A stretch of DNA of 63,992 bases, the filler included, from Octopus bimaculoides (Eukaryota), in the NCBI RefSeq assembly GCF_001194135.2. It is 5 parts of 5 records of this genome, joined end to end, with 100 filler letters (N's around TTAATTAATTAA, not from the genome) between each part and the next. Parts side by side here need not be neighbours in the genome. Positions count along the whole stretch, not along the records: positions 25,302 to 34,368 come from NC_068993.1; positions 34,469 to 62,846 come from NC_068989.1; 3 more parts are not named here. The stretch is one strand, 5' to 3'. Each line of letters opens with the position of its first letter. Position 1 is the stretch's first letter. Shown here piece after piece: positions 25,912 through 39,660 of the stretch. The notes beneath the pieces are model-generated. The model worked only from the letters and a program-made list of their open reading frames with translations, did no database searches and was not told the origin of the DNA. The translations under genes were made by a program, and so were the position numbers.

Positions 25912-26367
25912 CTAATGAGTAATATGACAACTAAAAATGGTGTTGTTACCTGGTAATGAGAACACTTTAATAGGAGTTGGTAGGTCTTCGCCTATATCCC
26001 ATGTATCTTCAGCAACTACAAGAAATCGTCCATCATAGGAAAGACTAACAACAAAAGGATTACGTAGGCCCTGAGCTGCTCCAACAATTTCCCCATCATA
26101 TTCAAGATCAGGTGTTAGTCGAATCACACAGTTTCCTTCTCCATTGGAGGCATATATACAACCACGATAAGGATCAGGGCAAAGGCCACTTGGGTTGAAG
26201 CCATAGTCACTGTACTGGGTAATGACTTCTCCCTGGAGCGTACACATAACCAGTCCTCGGATGTCTTCATCACTAACAATTATTACATCTGGGCTGATAG
26301 AGCTGATGTACCACACAAAGCCGATAGGTTTCTCTATGTCTCCCATTCGGTAGTTACGAAACATCAC
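25912..26367 (-). CDS. Terminal exon of an NHL-repeat / beta-propeller protein (TRIM-NHL-like C-terminus as seen in molluscs)
   Basis: 151 open codons of complex sequence. The acceptor is a poly-T tract plus CAG at 26370-26368 (phase 0). NHL-like blades: FNPSGLCPDPYRGCIYASNGEGNCVIRLTPD and GLRNPFVVSLSYDGRFLVVAE. Confidence 0.8.
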   Translation of the reverse strand: MMFRNYRMGDIEKPIGFVWYISSISPDVIIVSDEDIRGLVMCTLQGEVITQYSDYGFNPSGLCPDPYRGCIYASNGEGNCVIRLTPDLEYDGEIVGAAQGLRNPFVVSLSYDGRFLVVAEDTWDIGEDLPTPIKVFSLPGNNTIFSCHITH

Positions 26368-26928
26368 CTGAAAAAAAAAAAAATTAACAAATTAAAAGTC
26401 ACAGACAGAAATAAAGTTGAGACAATTTGACTGGTGTGGGGCAGGGATGAGTTTTCTATAAAAACAATGGTGGGTTGAGTTAAAAGTCATTTCTTTTTAT
26501 ACTTATTTATATTTAACTTCACACTCTGAGCTTTAACGTCATAGGATATAGGTTTCTAATAGACCAATCACAGATTCACATTATGATGGTGATTGTGACA
26601 TTGATAGATTGAATTGTTTGTGCAATTTAGGTGGAATATTCATCACATGGCATTTTATTCAAAATCACTGGGCTTGTAATTTCATTAATGATGCTTACTG
26701 CTTCTGCTGACAAGATACACACACACACACATGTACATCGATGCATATATGTATATACATACATATGAAACCGTTAACCCCTACATATTTTTTCCTGTCA
26801 TCCTTTTCTGTTGAAGAGTGTAGGTTCAAAACGTCAAAAATCTTTTCCATTTTACCCGAGCATCAAAGTAATACACTTGCTTGTTGTTCCCTCATCTGCC
26901 TCTGCCTTTTGTTTCCTGTACACTTGAA

Positions 26929-26961
<33 letters not shown>

Positions 26962-26990
26962 NNNNNNNNNNTATATATATATATATATAT

Positions 26991-27019
<29 letters not shown>

Positions 27020-27021
<2 letters not shown>

Positions 27022-27235
27022 GGGTTGGCCAAAAGTAAATGAAAATTCCATAAATACTATCTGTTCTTCTGTATTGACTCAATGGAAAAATGTGACACTC
27101 AAGAAAGACTTTGAACAATTTTCATGTTGTTTCACATTTAGATGGTTTTATTAAATTCATTTAGCTGTTAAGCATACATTAATATTGGAGTTAAATGGTT
27201 TTGATTTACTGTCAGGTGACTTTTGGCCAACTCTG
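27020..27235. mobile_element. Tc1-type MITE
   Basis: TIRs CAGGGTTGGCCAAAAGT / ACTTTTGGCCAACTCTG. Confidence 0.7.
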
Positions 27236-27249
27236 CATATATATATGTG

Positions 27250-27293
<44 letters not shown>

Positions 27294-27539
27294 CATACAC
27301 ATACACACATGTGCATGCATACTCACACACACACATACACACATAAACGTGTGTGTGCCTACGTGTGTAAGACAGGATTCTATAAAATTTCCAACTAATC
27401 ATTTTCACAAAGCAATGATCAAGCCAATGTTATACTGGAAGACATGAATGCAAGGTAGCTTACAATAAATCATTAATTATCTGACAGATTGGTAAAAACC
27501 TCTTTCAAACATAATATAATCTGAAGACCCCAAACTGCT

Positions 27540-27920
27540 TCCAATTTGCAAAGGTGATCAAGACTAACTCAGAGACATTAAGGTGTCTCAACAATGGAGG
27601 ATGCAGCAATGCTAGTAAGCTGAGACCCACAGCTGCTCCTGCATATGTGACACCTTCCATTTGACTGCTCTGCTACAGAGACATTGAGCATGCTTCAAAA
27701 ATGAAGCAGCAATCATCACAATCCATAACCAAAGAAGATACAACAGAGCCACAACTCAATCAAGAGCATGCTCATCATTTTTCTCAAAAGTACTAAGTTG
27801 AAGATAAATGTCAAAGAAAAACCAGGGAGATCCATTAGGTCGATAATATGCAAAACATACCCCTTCAAAAGGACAAAGTGTGTAGAAGAGAATTGCATTG
27901 TATGCAAATATAGTATTGGT
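27540..27920 (+). mobile_element. Penelope-like fragment of the same type as 19520-20300
   Basis: KINVKEKPGRSIRSIICKTYPFKRTKCVEENCIVCK resembles the IKVVExxGxxLKSxLxKxNPF...CxxxxCxxC linker that precedes GIY-YIG. Confidence 0.45.
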
Positions 27921-27982
27921 ATATCCCATTTATGTTCATTAGAAATTAAATAAAAAATTTTGACATGTACGAATATTTATTA

Positions 27983-28024
<42 letters not shown>

Positions 28025-30304
28025 NNNNNNNNNNNNNNNNNNNNNNNNNNNNNNNNNNNNNNNNNNNNNNNNNNNNNNNNNNNNNNNNNNNNNNNNNNNN
28101 NNNNNNNNNNNNNNNNNNNNNNNNNNNNNNNNNNNNNNNNNNNNNNNNNNNNNNNNNNNNNNNNNNNNNNNNNNNNNNNNNNNNNNATATATATAACCTG
28201 CCTCGTCAAATTCCTTCTAACTTATGCAAGCATGTAAAAGTGCATGTTAAAAGTCATGATGACTTAGCTAGCAAGGACAAAGACATACAGAAAAAAAAAT
28301 AATAATCAAAGAAACTTCTTTTATTATTTTTGTTTTTTTTTATGTTGCATTCTTTCTATGTCTAAATCCAGTTAATACATGCACATTTTTTTTATTTTTT
28401 TTTTTTTACTATTCTTAATTATAACAACTGCTAATGAACTGTCAGAATTGATATCAGCAATAACACAAAACTACTCCCAACTAAGCGCTAGACCTTACTG
28501 TTAAAGCCTTCAGCCATTCTTTGGTTTGTTAGTTTTTAAATTTATTTTATAAACTCAATTGCACTTCAACAGAAATGATCAAAGGGAGCTGGACCGATGA
28601 AATCAGTGTCAATGTATTGCCAATCTATATTCATTTTATTGACCCAAAAAAGATGAAGGTAACAGATTTCAAATCATGTTGGGATTAATGGCTACTTTTA
28701 CAACTGTTACAGTCTTCGTTCTCCATTCCAGTTGAATGGCAAAATAGTTTATAAAATGAATTAAAAACTAGCAAATCAGAGAATGGTTGAAAGCTTTAAT
28801 AGGAAGCCAGCTCTGTTAGTTTCAGATATTTTTGTGTTATTAATGATTATGAAGTGTGCACCTCATACACTAAACATTATGATTTGTCTGACCTTCTAAA
28901 AAACATAACCCTCTTGAAACCTCCATCACACTCTCTCTCTCTCTACAGGCTTTAACCATCCAATAACCATAGCTAAGCATAAACCTCATTTATTTCATCA
29001 GTCTGAGGGGGCCTTCTCAGAAGTTAGTTACAACCCCTTCCACCGTCTCATGCTTTCAATACTACAGGGTCCACTCAAAGTATCATTACCACAACAGTAT
29101 TCTACTATTAACTCCTCAAGAGTCGCTGTTGTCCAGCAGAAAGTTAACTCTGACTTTGCCGTTCATCTCAGCCATGACCATCACGTCGTTTTCAGGTAAG
29201 TAGAACTACACTACCCAATGTATCTTGTACTGACATATGTCAGTGAAGGTAATTCGAGGGTTGTTTCTCACAAATCGAGTAATAGCGTAGAATATACGAT
29301 ATACTCGATCTACGCCGTAGATGTTCATCGGCCTATCAGAAGATCGAATGATCTGTGTAGCTGTAGGAATCGATTTGTAAATGGAGTGATATTGACGTAT
29401 CGTTTAGTCCAACCGTGAAATTGTGCTACGGAGGTTTTGAATAGCATGGAATGAGCTTCGAACCGACTAGTTTCAATGTTTTACAACATCGGAATGTGTT
29501 TAGTCATCCTTGCAAACTACAGTGAGACAGTAATACAGAAAAGTCAACTCTTTCAAAGGAAAAGTTTAATATCAAGAGAAATAACTTTGTAAGAAAATGA
29601 AATTATGATGTAAGGGAGATAATAGAGTTGTTGTTTTTTTATAGTTTGAGATTCATTAATTGTTTAATGTCAAGGGAAAGAATAACATTGAAACACAGTT
29701 TACACGTGGAGACAAAAACAATTGTTTGTTTAAGCAACATCTCCAAAACTTGTCACTTTTAAAAGAACAAAAGTCTGTCTGTCTTTAAATATCTCGATTT
29801 AAATAATAACAAAAAAAATAAATTGCATCAAATCTGATAAAAACTCCGAGCGGTATTGAAATAAAAGCTGCAAGTAAAATACTGAATGGAGAAGTTTAAA
29901 GAAACTGCTTTTCGATGAGGCTAAATTAAAATTACTGAGATTTCTTTATAGCTTAGTCAAGTAGTTCCATTGTGAGTTTCCACACCATTTTTGGTATTTT
30001 CTTGTTCATGTCAGTATGTGTAGATTAAGTTCACAATAGCGACACTATCTACGCGTATATGTTTTGTATTATTTTATCTCGCCTTCGAGATCCAGTATTC
30101 TCAAATTTTTGATTCCACTTCAAATTACAGATCAGTTTTCCTTTCATCGTTTACTCAACAGGTCAGTCCATTTGCATTATATAACGTTTAGGTTAACATT
30201 TTGTATTACTTTATCAGTATCCTCTACCATTCAGAGGAACGATCCAAGTGCTTACTACAGAACAAACGCTGTTGAAGATACTCAAAAGTGAGATCATGGC
30301 ATCA

Positions 30305-31747
30305 AACTTTTTCTTTTATCTGTTCTTTTACTTATTTCAGTCATTGGACTGTGGCTGTGCTGGGACACTGCCTTGAAGCTTTAGTCGAATTAATTGACCC
30401 TAGTACTTTTTTTTTTCGTTAAGCCTGGTACCTATTCTATCAAACCGCTAAGTTATAAGGATGTAAACACACTAAAACTGGTTGTCAATCAGTGATTGGG
30501 GACACACACAAGCTCACACGTTTATACATATATGATGGGCTTCTTTCAATTTCCATATGTAGTGAAACTACCTATCGTCACTAGATACAAAACTACTATC
30601 GCCATTACATACAATCTTCTCATTTAAATATAAATAAATGCGAGCGTAGTAGAGAACCCATTCCTTGTCATCACGTGACTGATTAATATTCGAATCGGCA
30701 ACTTCTTCGAACCGTTCCCGCCAGAACGCAAACTGACCAATCACAGCCCCTAATAAGGTCACGTGATAGAGTATTAAACTGAAGCCATCGGGAGCCAATA
30801 GTTTGTTATAAATAGCTTTAACTCATACCCAACAAATTTGTCTTGGTCCAGTTTCTCTTTGAGAACTGTTCCATGTACCACACGGCAGCAGCAACAAGTA
30901 GCCAGCGACCACTTCAACAGCTTCGTCCAGCCAACGATGACCACCGCCGTCGCCACATCAGCAACTAGAGTCTACGACTACTATCCAGCATCATCTTCAT
31001 GACCAACACGATTACTACCAAGCAGCCTCTACACCACCAGCGTCAACACGACTTACTATGTACACCAAACCAAACCTCCGCGGCACATCTCTCTCTTCGA
31101 TTCTGTTAGGTGACTCAGCTTCACCACGATAAATAAACAGACAAGAATTTCAGCCAGCGACGAACGTCTGTATAACAAGAATCACGGCCCGGCATCGATG
31201 CCACGACATCACAACTAGTGATCAGCTGTGCCACACTCAGCCCCCTCACTTTCACATACAGAACTTTTCCTATAGTGTACTAACGAACTGGTATAATCGC
31301 TCACGTGTTATTGACTCTCCTTCTATCTGCAGTAAACACTCATACACACATGTATCACTCACATACACACTTTTCTTTGTACGACGGCCTGTCTTTGATT
31401 ATGTTCTTATATGTCGCATTCACACTCTCACACAGACATACATCTTTAACGCCATAATAAATATCTCTGTTATTCATCTTATACGGTTGTGGTCTTTCAT
31501 TACTGGTCATCTCGCATAACATATCACATATATCATATCTGATATATATTATTTTGTGTTCGACCGTGTGACACGTTTAAATAAAAGGAGTCCTCTGTTT
31601 TTCCATTTGTCACCATATCTCCTTTTTGAGTTCGCACGGTCATTCTTTACACATACCAAATCCACTCACAAGGCTTTGGTCATGCAGTGGGACTGAATCC
31701 GATGCCATGTGGCTGAGAAGCAAGCTTCCTACCACACAATCATGCCT
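30305..31747 (-). mobile_element. SINE family A split by an LTR insertion
   Basis: The SINE breaks at GATGGGCTTCTTTCAATTTCCATA (30557) and resumes at CATACCAAATCCACTCACAAGGCTTTGGTC (31652). Confidence 0.7.
30558..31651 (+). mobile_element. Solo LTR, about 1.1 kb, probably Gypsy-type
   Basis: TGTA...TACA termini, 4-bp TSD CATA (30554-30557, 31652-31655), TATA-like TATAAATA at 30807, AATAAA near 31459 and 31580, and no internal coding sequence. Confidence 0.75.
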
Positions 31748-32069
31748 AGAAGAAAAAAAATGATAAAGAAATAAAGACATAAGAGCCACAGTGTTGCATT
31801 ATGGCATTAGTAAGGTGTCTTTCGATTGGGAAATAATTGTCAAACAGCTTGGAATGGTTCACTTATTTTCAGATCTTCCCTGAATTTTTTATAACAAAGT
31901 GTATATGACAACATGTTTCAGCATAGCTTTTCATTACTCTGGAAACTTTGTTGTGAAAGTAGTATAAAGAAACTAAAATCTACAACAGTCATTGGTTTCC
32001 GTTAGATTGTCAACATTCCTATTAAAAAAAAAAAAAAAATCAACACAATGATGACACAGATAATTGATA

Positions 32070-32300
32070 AGTCCCCCTTGGGGGTCATTGGGATGCTTCA
32101 GCCATGGCAGCATATCTTAGGTGGGGAAGCCTGGCAGAGTCCATCCCTCTCCAGACTAAACTCATTTGTACAACTGGATTGGATCAACATGAAATGAAAT
32201 GTTTTGCTTAAAAACACAACATATCTCCTGGTCCAGCAATCAAATCCACAATCTTACAATCATGAGTCCAACACCCTAACCACTAAGCCATGCGTCTCCA
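32070..32300 (-). mobile_element. SINE family C, diverged
   Basis: Ends CACCCTAACCACTAAGCCATGCGTCTCCAC, matching the head at 14690-14716. Confidence 0.6.
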
Positions 32301-32765
32301 CAAGAAATAGCAAAGTTTATTTACTCTACTCAGGTTTATTATATTGCTGCTCTCTATGCTTTTTGTACTGCCACTGCTTACCTCCTTCCTGAGTTTTTGG
32401 GTTTTTTTACCTTCCCTTCCCAAGGCAGTCCTCGCATTTGTTGGGTCCTGGTTCCTGTCAAACTGTCCAACCCATGCTAGCATGGAAGACAGATGCTAAA
32501 TCATGATAATGATGACAATATGTATATATGCAAGTATCCACCACATTAGGATTACCTCAAGTTAAAGGATTTCGGGATACAAGCTGTAACTTCATTCTTA
32601 CACCAACTCAGATAGCATAGTTTTATATTACTAATTTAAAACTATACTTTCTTTCCAACTCAATGGCCACTTGTGTTTTAGTTAGGATCAAAGTATATTG
32701 TTAACAATTTGAAAAACTATCATCACTTTATGCACATATATACACATATATTGTACATAATGTGA

Positions 32766-32814
<49 letters not shown>

Positions 32815-33850
32815 TATAAAAGAATGTGTGTGTGTGTATGTGTATATATGTATTTGTGCACGTGTGCTTCTATTATCAACACCAACACAACCACCAACAG
32901 CAATAGTAATGTATAGAATGATGTAGATAAAAAAATGCATTTCAAATAAAAGCATATAAGATGGTGTCTTAGTGCATCTTAAAAGTTGAATGACATGTCT
33001 TTGATCTTGGGTCTATAAGGATTGACTAGAAACTAAACAGCGACATGAATACAATTAGCAAGAACAATATAAACAGTACAACACCATCAATGCCCACCCA
33101 ACATCAGTAACATGGTTTGAAATAATGGAATATTGATTATCCAGTCAAAACTTCAATTGAAGACTGTTCACGCCTAACTTAACAGACAACTCCACATCAT
33201 ACAACGCAGAGTAGATAAACAGAAAACTTTAAACAGTTAAATCAAGGGATATGAAGTAAAGACCCTGAAGAAACTGTATTATAGTAGGGTTGCAATTGCA
33301 ATGGTTACTAATCAGTGCAGTTGAAATATGTGTTGGTCTATGTAAAGCTGTGTACACATATTATATAAATAATAGGTAATGCTGTGCAATGTCATAATAA
33401 TCCTTATTATTATTATTATTGATATTGCCTATGATGCCATACTGGAACTGAATCGGGAATCATGTGGTTGGGAAGCATTGGCTAGGATGCCTCACAGTAT
33501 TCATCTCAATTGTCTGCGTTCCGAGTTCTAATCTTGCTGAAGATCAAACTTGACCTTTCACTATAAGATAAGTTATCCTAGAGCAGTGTATCAATGGAAC
33601 AGTTAAAGGGTCTAGAAGAGGTTTTACAGTACCTTTAGCTTCTGAAAGTGAGCATTTGTCATGGTGACAGTGTTGCCCAAACTGTATCAGCTTAAATTAG
33701 CAGCCTTGTCTTGGATAAACATCTGTTTTGTGAAAAAGTACATGTGCAAACAGACAACTACTAACCTTTCTCAAAAAACTTGCCCACATTTATACATATA
33801 TATATATGCAGGTGCATGATCATTTTTGACTGATGGTAGTGTCTTCCATA

Positions 33851-33881
<31 letters not shown>

Positions 33882-34069
33882 TTAAATATGAAGTAAAAGC
33901 AGCTCTAGTATGATAAATATCGTTAAATACATATACAAATATATATGCCTTGTGTATTCTCCAGTGGCTACAATGGTGAAGCAGAGTATATAACTCACAT
34001 GTCACCAGTGTTTTAACATTGGTGACATAAGAGTTAAATACTCTGCTATGCCATTGTACCCACCGAAAA

Positions 34070-34368
34070 ATACGGGGCGACGGCGCCGTCGCGCCTCACG
34101 CGCGTCCGCTTCGGTCGTCCGTTCGCACTCCCGGCCCTATTCGCCGGTGCGTGCGCGGTCGGGCCGCGGAGCTCTGCGCGCATCGTCGCTGCGACGGTCT
34201 CTCCGGCAGCCCGTCTCCCGCCTCCGCCACCATCCCCCGTCCGGTTGGTCGGTCGGCATCAGCATGCGATCGTTTGGCCTCGCCTTCACCGGCGTCGCAG
34301 TCGCCGCTGTTGATGCTGCCGCCGCCTCCGCCAGTGGCGGCGGTTCGCGGTGTTCGGGGGAAACAAAC
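34070..34368. other. Very GC- and CpG-rich island abutting an unsized gap
   Basis: Roughly three-quarters G+C by eye against an AT-rich background, with an abrupt onset. No recognised coding motif. Confidence 0.8.
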
Positions 34369-34489
34369 NNNNNNNNNNNNNNNNNNNNNNNNNNNNNNNN
34401 NNNNNNNNNNNNTTAATTAATTAANNNNNNNNNNNNNNNNNNNNNNNNNNNNNNNNNNNNNNNNNNNNATATATATATATATATATATA

Positions 34490-34657
34490 CTTTGTGGCTG
34501 TGTAGTAAGGAGTTTGCTTCCAAGCCACGTGGTTCCGGGTTCAGTTCCACTGCACAGCAACTTCAATAAGTATTCTTTTCTTTTACTATTGCCTCGGGCC
34601 GACCAAAGCCTTGTGAGTGAATTCGGTCGACGGAAGCTGAAGGAAGCCCTTCGTATA
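34490..34657 (+). mobile_element. SINE family A head
   Basis: GTGGCTGTGTAGTAAGGAGTTTGCTTCC..GGTTCCGGGTTCAGTTCCACTG..CTCGGGCCGACCAAAGCCTTGTGAGTG. Confidence 0.8.
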
Positions 34658-37384
34658 TAAATCTAACAGAGGCACATATATCTCACTTTACGAATTTAAG
34701 CGACACATAAAACAACGATTCTATCTACCTTAATAGAGCCGTAGATTCCCTACCTGTGAAATTTCACGACAATTGTCCGCTATGATGAGCATAAGGAACC
34801 GCGAACAAGTCAACTGCGGTGTCTTTACAAAGCCTCTCTTCCAAGTTTCTAAGGTAACTCCTACTATTCTACTTTTCTCTATCAATACGACCACACTGAT
34901 TATAATCAAATCTAATCGCCCTTTTCATGGTCGCCTTTGGTCATTATCGATTGCTCCCGCCAGTGTTCGCTAAATAAAGTTGCTATTCTGGTCGCTGTCA
35001 CTTTGGAAGCTGAGAGTGACGCGTTCAATTTTTCTTAAAATTTCAAGGAGACAACTGCATCCGCAGAAATTTAAATTCTCCATCAAACATAAGGTGATAT
35101 AATTTTTTTGGAAGCAACAGAATTGCCACAGTTTTCAGACTTGAAAACTAAACTTTTCAAAGAAATAGAGACCTCATAATTCTTCAAAAAATCGCGCAGC
35201 CTGTAAGGAATTAAGTGTTCTCTTACTCATTTTTCCTTTTCTCTATGACAGTATACCATTGAACTCTTATATACAACAAGTTGAAAAAACGAACTGATCG
35301 TTGAAAAACGAATGGATTATAAACAAGCATCTTCTTCGTCATTAACTTTGTTATTCCTTTTCTACTTGTATCTGCAAAATCTTCATCTTTGCAACTATTT
35401 TCGTCTAAAATCTTATTCGGCTTTCTTTCTTTATAAATTCTATCATTTAAGATAACCAAGTTGTGTATTTCATCAAATATAGTCTAATTATTTTTCCAAA
35501 CTTATCTGTCTATTTCAATGAAAAGCATACCCCACAGATTACACTACTAGTTACAAATAGATTTCCATAAACTATGCCAGTATACAGATATATTGAAATA
35601 AAAGATAAAGATATAAACATTTCTCAAACGGGAATCAAAATCGATGGTATTTGAGAAACTGATTGTATTTTACACTGCAGTGTCTACATTTGTTTCAAAC
35701 GTTGTTTTGTACCAAATCTAGAGATATGAGCATCTCTATGAAATGTATTTAAACTTCGATATTCGAATGTCACATTGTAATTGTTTCTATAAAGTGCATG
35801 CTGGCCTTGTGTGAATGACCATCCGTATCATAGAAACGAAAGTGTTTCTATTTTTGTAATGTATTATATTGCAGTTTAGAAACAATTGGCCTCAAAATAT
35901 TATCGGATATCTCCTTCTTCAAATTAGTTAACTTAAAACTGAACTGTCGATATATATTTACTCGCCATATACAATACATACAAATCTATTCTGCTGCTTA
36001 TTACTTTGTCACTACTCTCAATATATACAACGATATTAGCATCAAATTACAAACTGGATTTACAATAAACATGTAATCATTTGTTGTAAATTAGCATGTA
36101 TTTGAAATCTCGATGGCTCTTTTCATATATTAATGGAAATAATATCTGCAATCTAATCTTAAGAAAGCTTCCAATTAAACGGTGAGATATATCAATCCAC
36201 TAGAACCGTATCTATAAAACACAGCATGTATTAGATAAAATCTGATAATAATTGGGGATAACAAGCATAAATCTAAATGTTTAGATTCTGTTGTTTATTG
36301 AAATTAACGTACAATCCCTTTATCGTCGTTCACAATTGACTTGAGTTGATTATAGAAGAGAGAAATATTCTGTTCAATGAAGAACAGTCATTATTTTTCT
36401 TTTTAATATTACCTGCATTTTCTCATTCTTCTAACTTTTTTATTTACCAGTGCGTGATGAAAATTCCTCAATTAATTGAATCTGTGAATAGATTTCATGG
36501 TTAATTCAATAGTTTGCTGGAATACGGGTGGCCAAAAAGTTTTATTGCACTTAGTAAAAATATGCAAGAATAACTGGATAAAAGAAAATATGCCACACAT
36601 GTATGAATAGCAAATGGAAATGTTAGATTATGGGCACCTACGTACAAAACATATCATCACAACACACACACATACCCGTAAATACATACATTGCTATATA
36701 CATCGTACACAGTCACAATCACACATGTACAATCACATGTACAATCACACATGTACTATGCACATGCATGTGAAGGGGACTCCTAAAAATAGCAGATTAT
36801 ATCGTAAGGAAAATGCTATGCATAACAAAAATAGGAGAATCTGAGCTAAAACGAAGTAGATGCAGACTAAACAAGCAGAAAAGGCGGTGAAAGTAAGCAT
36901 TGACTGTTGAGTTCGTTCTCGTCGCTCGTAACCCGTCAGCACAAGACTGAAGAATTCATGTTGGCATTTCCGTCTTTGTTCATCGGTTTCTGCACTCGAG
37001 TTGATTTATACTCTGAAGCGTGGAGCAGGACGCTAGCCACACAAAACTTACCATATCTTCAGTTACATATGGTAGCAAGTTAGGCGAACATAATTAGAGG
37101 TTAAACATGTGTGACCTCCTAGATCAACCTATATCTGCTTTTTCAAACATTGTGTAGCTTATTCTGAGATGTTTCCTCATGTCCACAGTTAATAGTGTAG
37201 CATGAAGGGCGGAATTTCGACTGGAATCTCACTCTTTAAGTTGCACTCTCCGGCATTACTAGCAATCTCCGGGATACATGAACGAGGGAAACACCCACCA
37301 ATCAATTGGTAGAGATCCATTGTCGTCAAAAAGGAAATAAGAAGTTTGTGCAGTATGTATATATTAGTTGAACCGAAAAGAAGT

Positions 37385-38360
37385 GTCGAAAAAAAGCCCG
37401 TCTGTACATGCTGGGTCTCGAACCAGTTCTACAGAAGCTGGATGTTTCATGGGTCATTCTGCGTGAAATAGGATCTGGAAGATTCATCTCGGCTTATGCA
37501 GACGACGTCAACGTAAGAGTAGGGACATCTCGGATATCGCGGTTGATCAGCACTGCCCCACAGGAGTACGAAGCGGCGACAGGAGCAATAGTTCACTAGG
37601 TGCAGTTGATGGGTCTCCACTCCGCACCTGGAAAGACAGGTCCAAGCCGACCGACAGTGCCGTAGAGCTCGACGGAAGGGCCGTTTAAATTGCTCGGGGT
37701 CTGCTTTGGCTCGGACCTCCCGGGGGACAGGAAAAGGGGACAGTGAAGAGCAGATTTTCCAGTCTCACCTATAAATGGGATGTGAGGAAGCTGTCCCTGA
37801 AAGGTGGGTAGGTGGTGAATGCATACATCGTTTACGTCCTTTATTCCCGCTTGACCATTGTCCGTTGACCTGCTTCGTGGCTGATCAAATTGGAGCGCTT
37901 GTTCTTTTACTTTCTGTGGAAGGGGCGTGTCTCACTCGTCACACGGCTTATCTGCTGTCACAGGCTTTGAGTAGAAGATAGGGCAAGACTTAACTAATGA
38001 TGTGCAGACATGAGCTGAGAATGCAGCAACTTCAGCATTTTCTTCACGGCGAGTTGGTTTTGTGGCCGTTTATCAGATAGGATTTTCCAAAGCTCGTCTC
38101 ACTAATTGGGCTACAGTTCTGGATTCAGTGTAGCCTACTTTGAGCATACGCTTGTTCGCCGGAGGGATAAAAAAAAAGAAGAGGTGCTTACCTGAGGTTC
38201 CGCGGAGTTCCTTGGTTTGCCCTGGGTGGAACTCTACTGTCTGGGGAATATTTTTGTTAAATCTTTGTCGTTAATTGTTATTGCTTTATGGTATCAACAA
38301 ATTGTTGTGCTAAATAGCACGTGTTCCTAGTTTTGTATTGTCCCTTTTGGCGAATAAAGA
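37385..38360 (+). mobile_element. Tx1/L1-clade LINE fragment (RT C-half to 3' end), decayed
   Basis: LGLEPVLQKL..ISAYADDVNVRV..EYEAATGA, then GPFKLLGVCFG-type sequence, with AATAAA near 38352. Confidence 0.8.
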
Positions 38361-38876
38361 AAGCATTTTTCTTGTCTATTGTCTTCCTATGTGTCAACCT
38401 AGGGCAAAGAAACTCACTGTATACACTCACTTATACAGTGTATTACTAAGGCGGTGGGCTGGCATAATCGTTAGCACTCCGGTCGGAATGCTCAGTGATA
38501 TTTCGTTAGTCTTTACGTTATGAGATCAAATTCTGCCGATGTTGACTTTACTGTTCATCCACATACTTTATCAAACATTCTTGTATCACTGATAGTGGTG
38601 TCATTATAGTAATTAGTATTGTTATGATAATCATTATCATTATTATTTTTGATAAGGCGATAAGCTAGAAGAATCCTTAGCACGTCACACAAAATGCTAA
38701 GTAGCATTTCTTCCGGTTCTTTGCGCGCTAAGTTGAAACTACGCCAACTTTGATTATTTCGCGGTCGATGAGATAAGCAATAGTTAAGAATTGACGTTGG
38801 TCCAGTCACTTTCCCCCTCCGCCTAACTTTTCTTTTCTGACATTGTGTCAAAGTTTTAACTTCTTCGTTATTAATA

Positions 38877-39085
38877 CAGTAATCCCTCGCCATATCGCGG
38901 TTCACCTATCGCGCAGTCAGTACATCACATATATTTCTGGCTAATATATGTAAATTTATATCGCGGAATCCTCAGTATGTCGCGGGGTTCTGCAGCCGAT
39001 AGGTATTTATATTTTTGGGGGGAATTTTAATTATTTCTGTGGGAGGTTTTGGAATGTAGTGCCCGCGATAGTCGAGGGATTAATA
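38877..39085. mobile_element. pogo/Tigger-like MITE
   Basis: TA followed by CAGTAATCCCTCG at the left end; CGAGGGATTAATA followed by TA at the right end. Confidence 0.65.
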
Positions 39086-39230
39086 TATTGCACTTAATGC
39101 CTGTTTCTCTATATTACCAACGTCAACTATATATTCCACACGCTGTGCAAAGAGGCTCAACACTTGTTTAATGAAATGGCACGCCAACGACATATATCAC
39201 GTAAGTTTTCACACGTTATTATTCTTTTCT

Positions 39231-39433
39231 TTACTCGGCACAAGGCTCGAAATTTTCAGGGAGGAGACAAATCAATTCGACATACTCCAGTACGCAACTG
39301 GTACTTAATTTATCGACGCCGAAATGATGAAAGGCAAAGTTGACCTCGGCGGGATTTGAACTCAGAACATAAAAATAGACGAAATACCGCCAAGCATTTC
39401 GCCCAACGTGCAAACGTTTGTGCCAGCTCGCTG
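39231..39433 (-). mobile_element. SINE family B
   Basis: GATGAAAGGCAAAGTTGACCTCGGCGGGATTTGAACTCAGAAC..TGCCAGCTCGCTGCC. Confidence 0.8.
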
Positions 39434-39472
39434 CCTTCTTTTTCACGTTATTAATGACATGCTATGTTGCTA

Positions 39473-39660
39473 GGTGTGGAGGCTTAGTGGTTAGGGTGTC
39501 CGCATCTGAGGAAAACACTTCATTTCACGCTGCTCCAGTCCATTCAGCTGGCAAAAATGAGTGACGCTGCGATGGACTCGCGTCCCGTCCAGCTGCGGAA
39601 CACATACGCCGTAGGAAGCAGGAAACAGGGCCCATGAGCTTGGTTAGGCTTTAAAAGGAC
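39473..39660 (+). mobile_element. SINE family C, internally deleted
   Basis: GGCTTAGTGGTTAGGGTG head and TTTCACGCTGCTCCAGTCCATTCAGCTGGCAAAAATGAGT body. Confidence 0.55.

Noticed and set aside
34048-34416. Arg/Ser/Ala-rich ORFs in the GC island
   Set aside because: Open frames are expected at this GC content, and no domain was recognised.
34782-34900. Possible C/D snoRNA (ATGATGA)
   Set aside because: There is no suitably placed D box or terminal stem.
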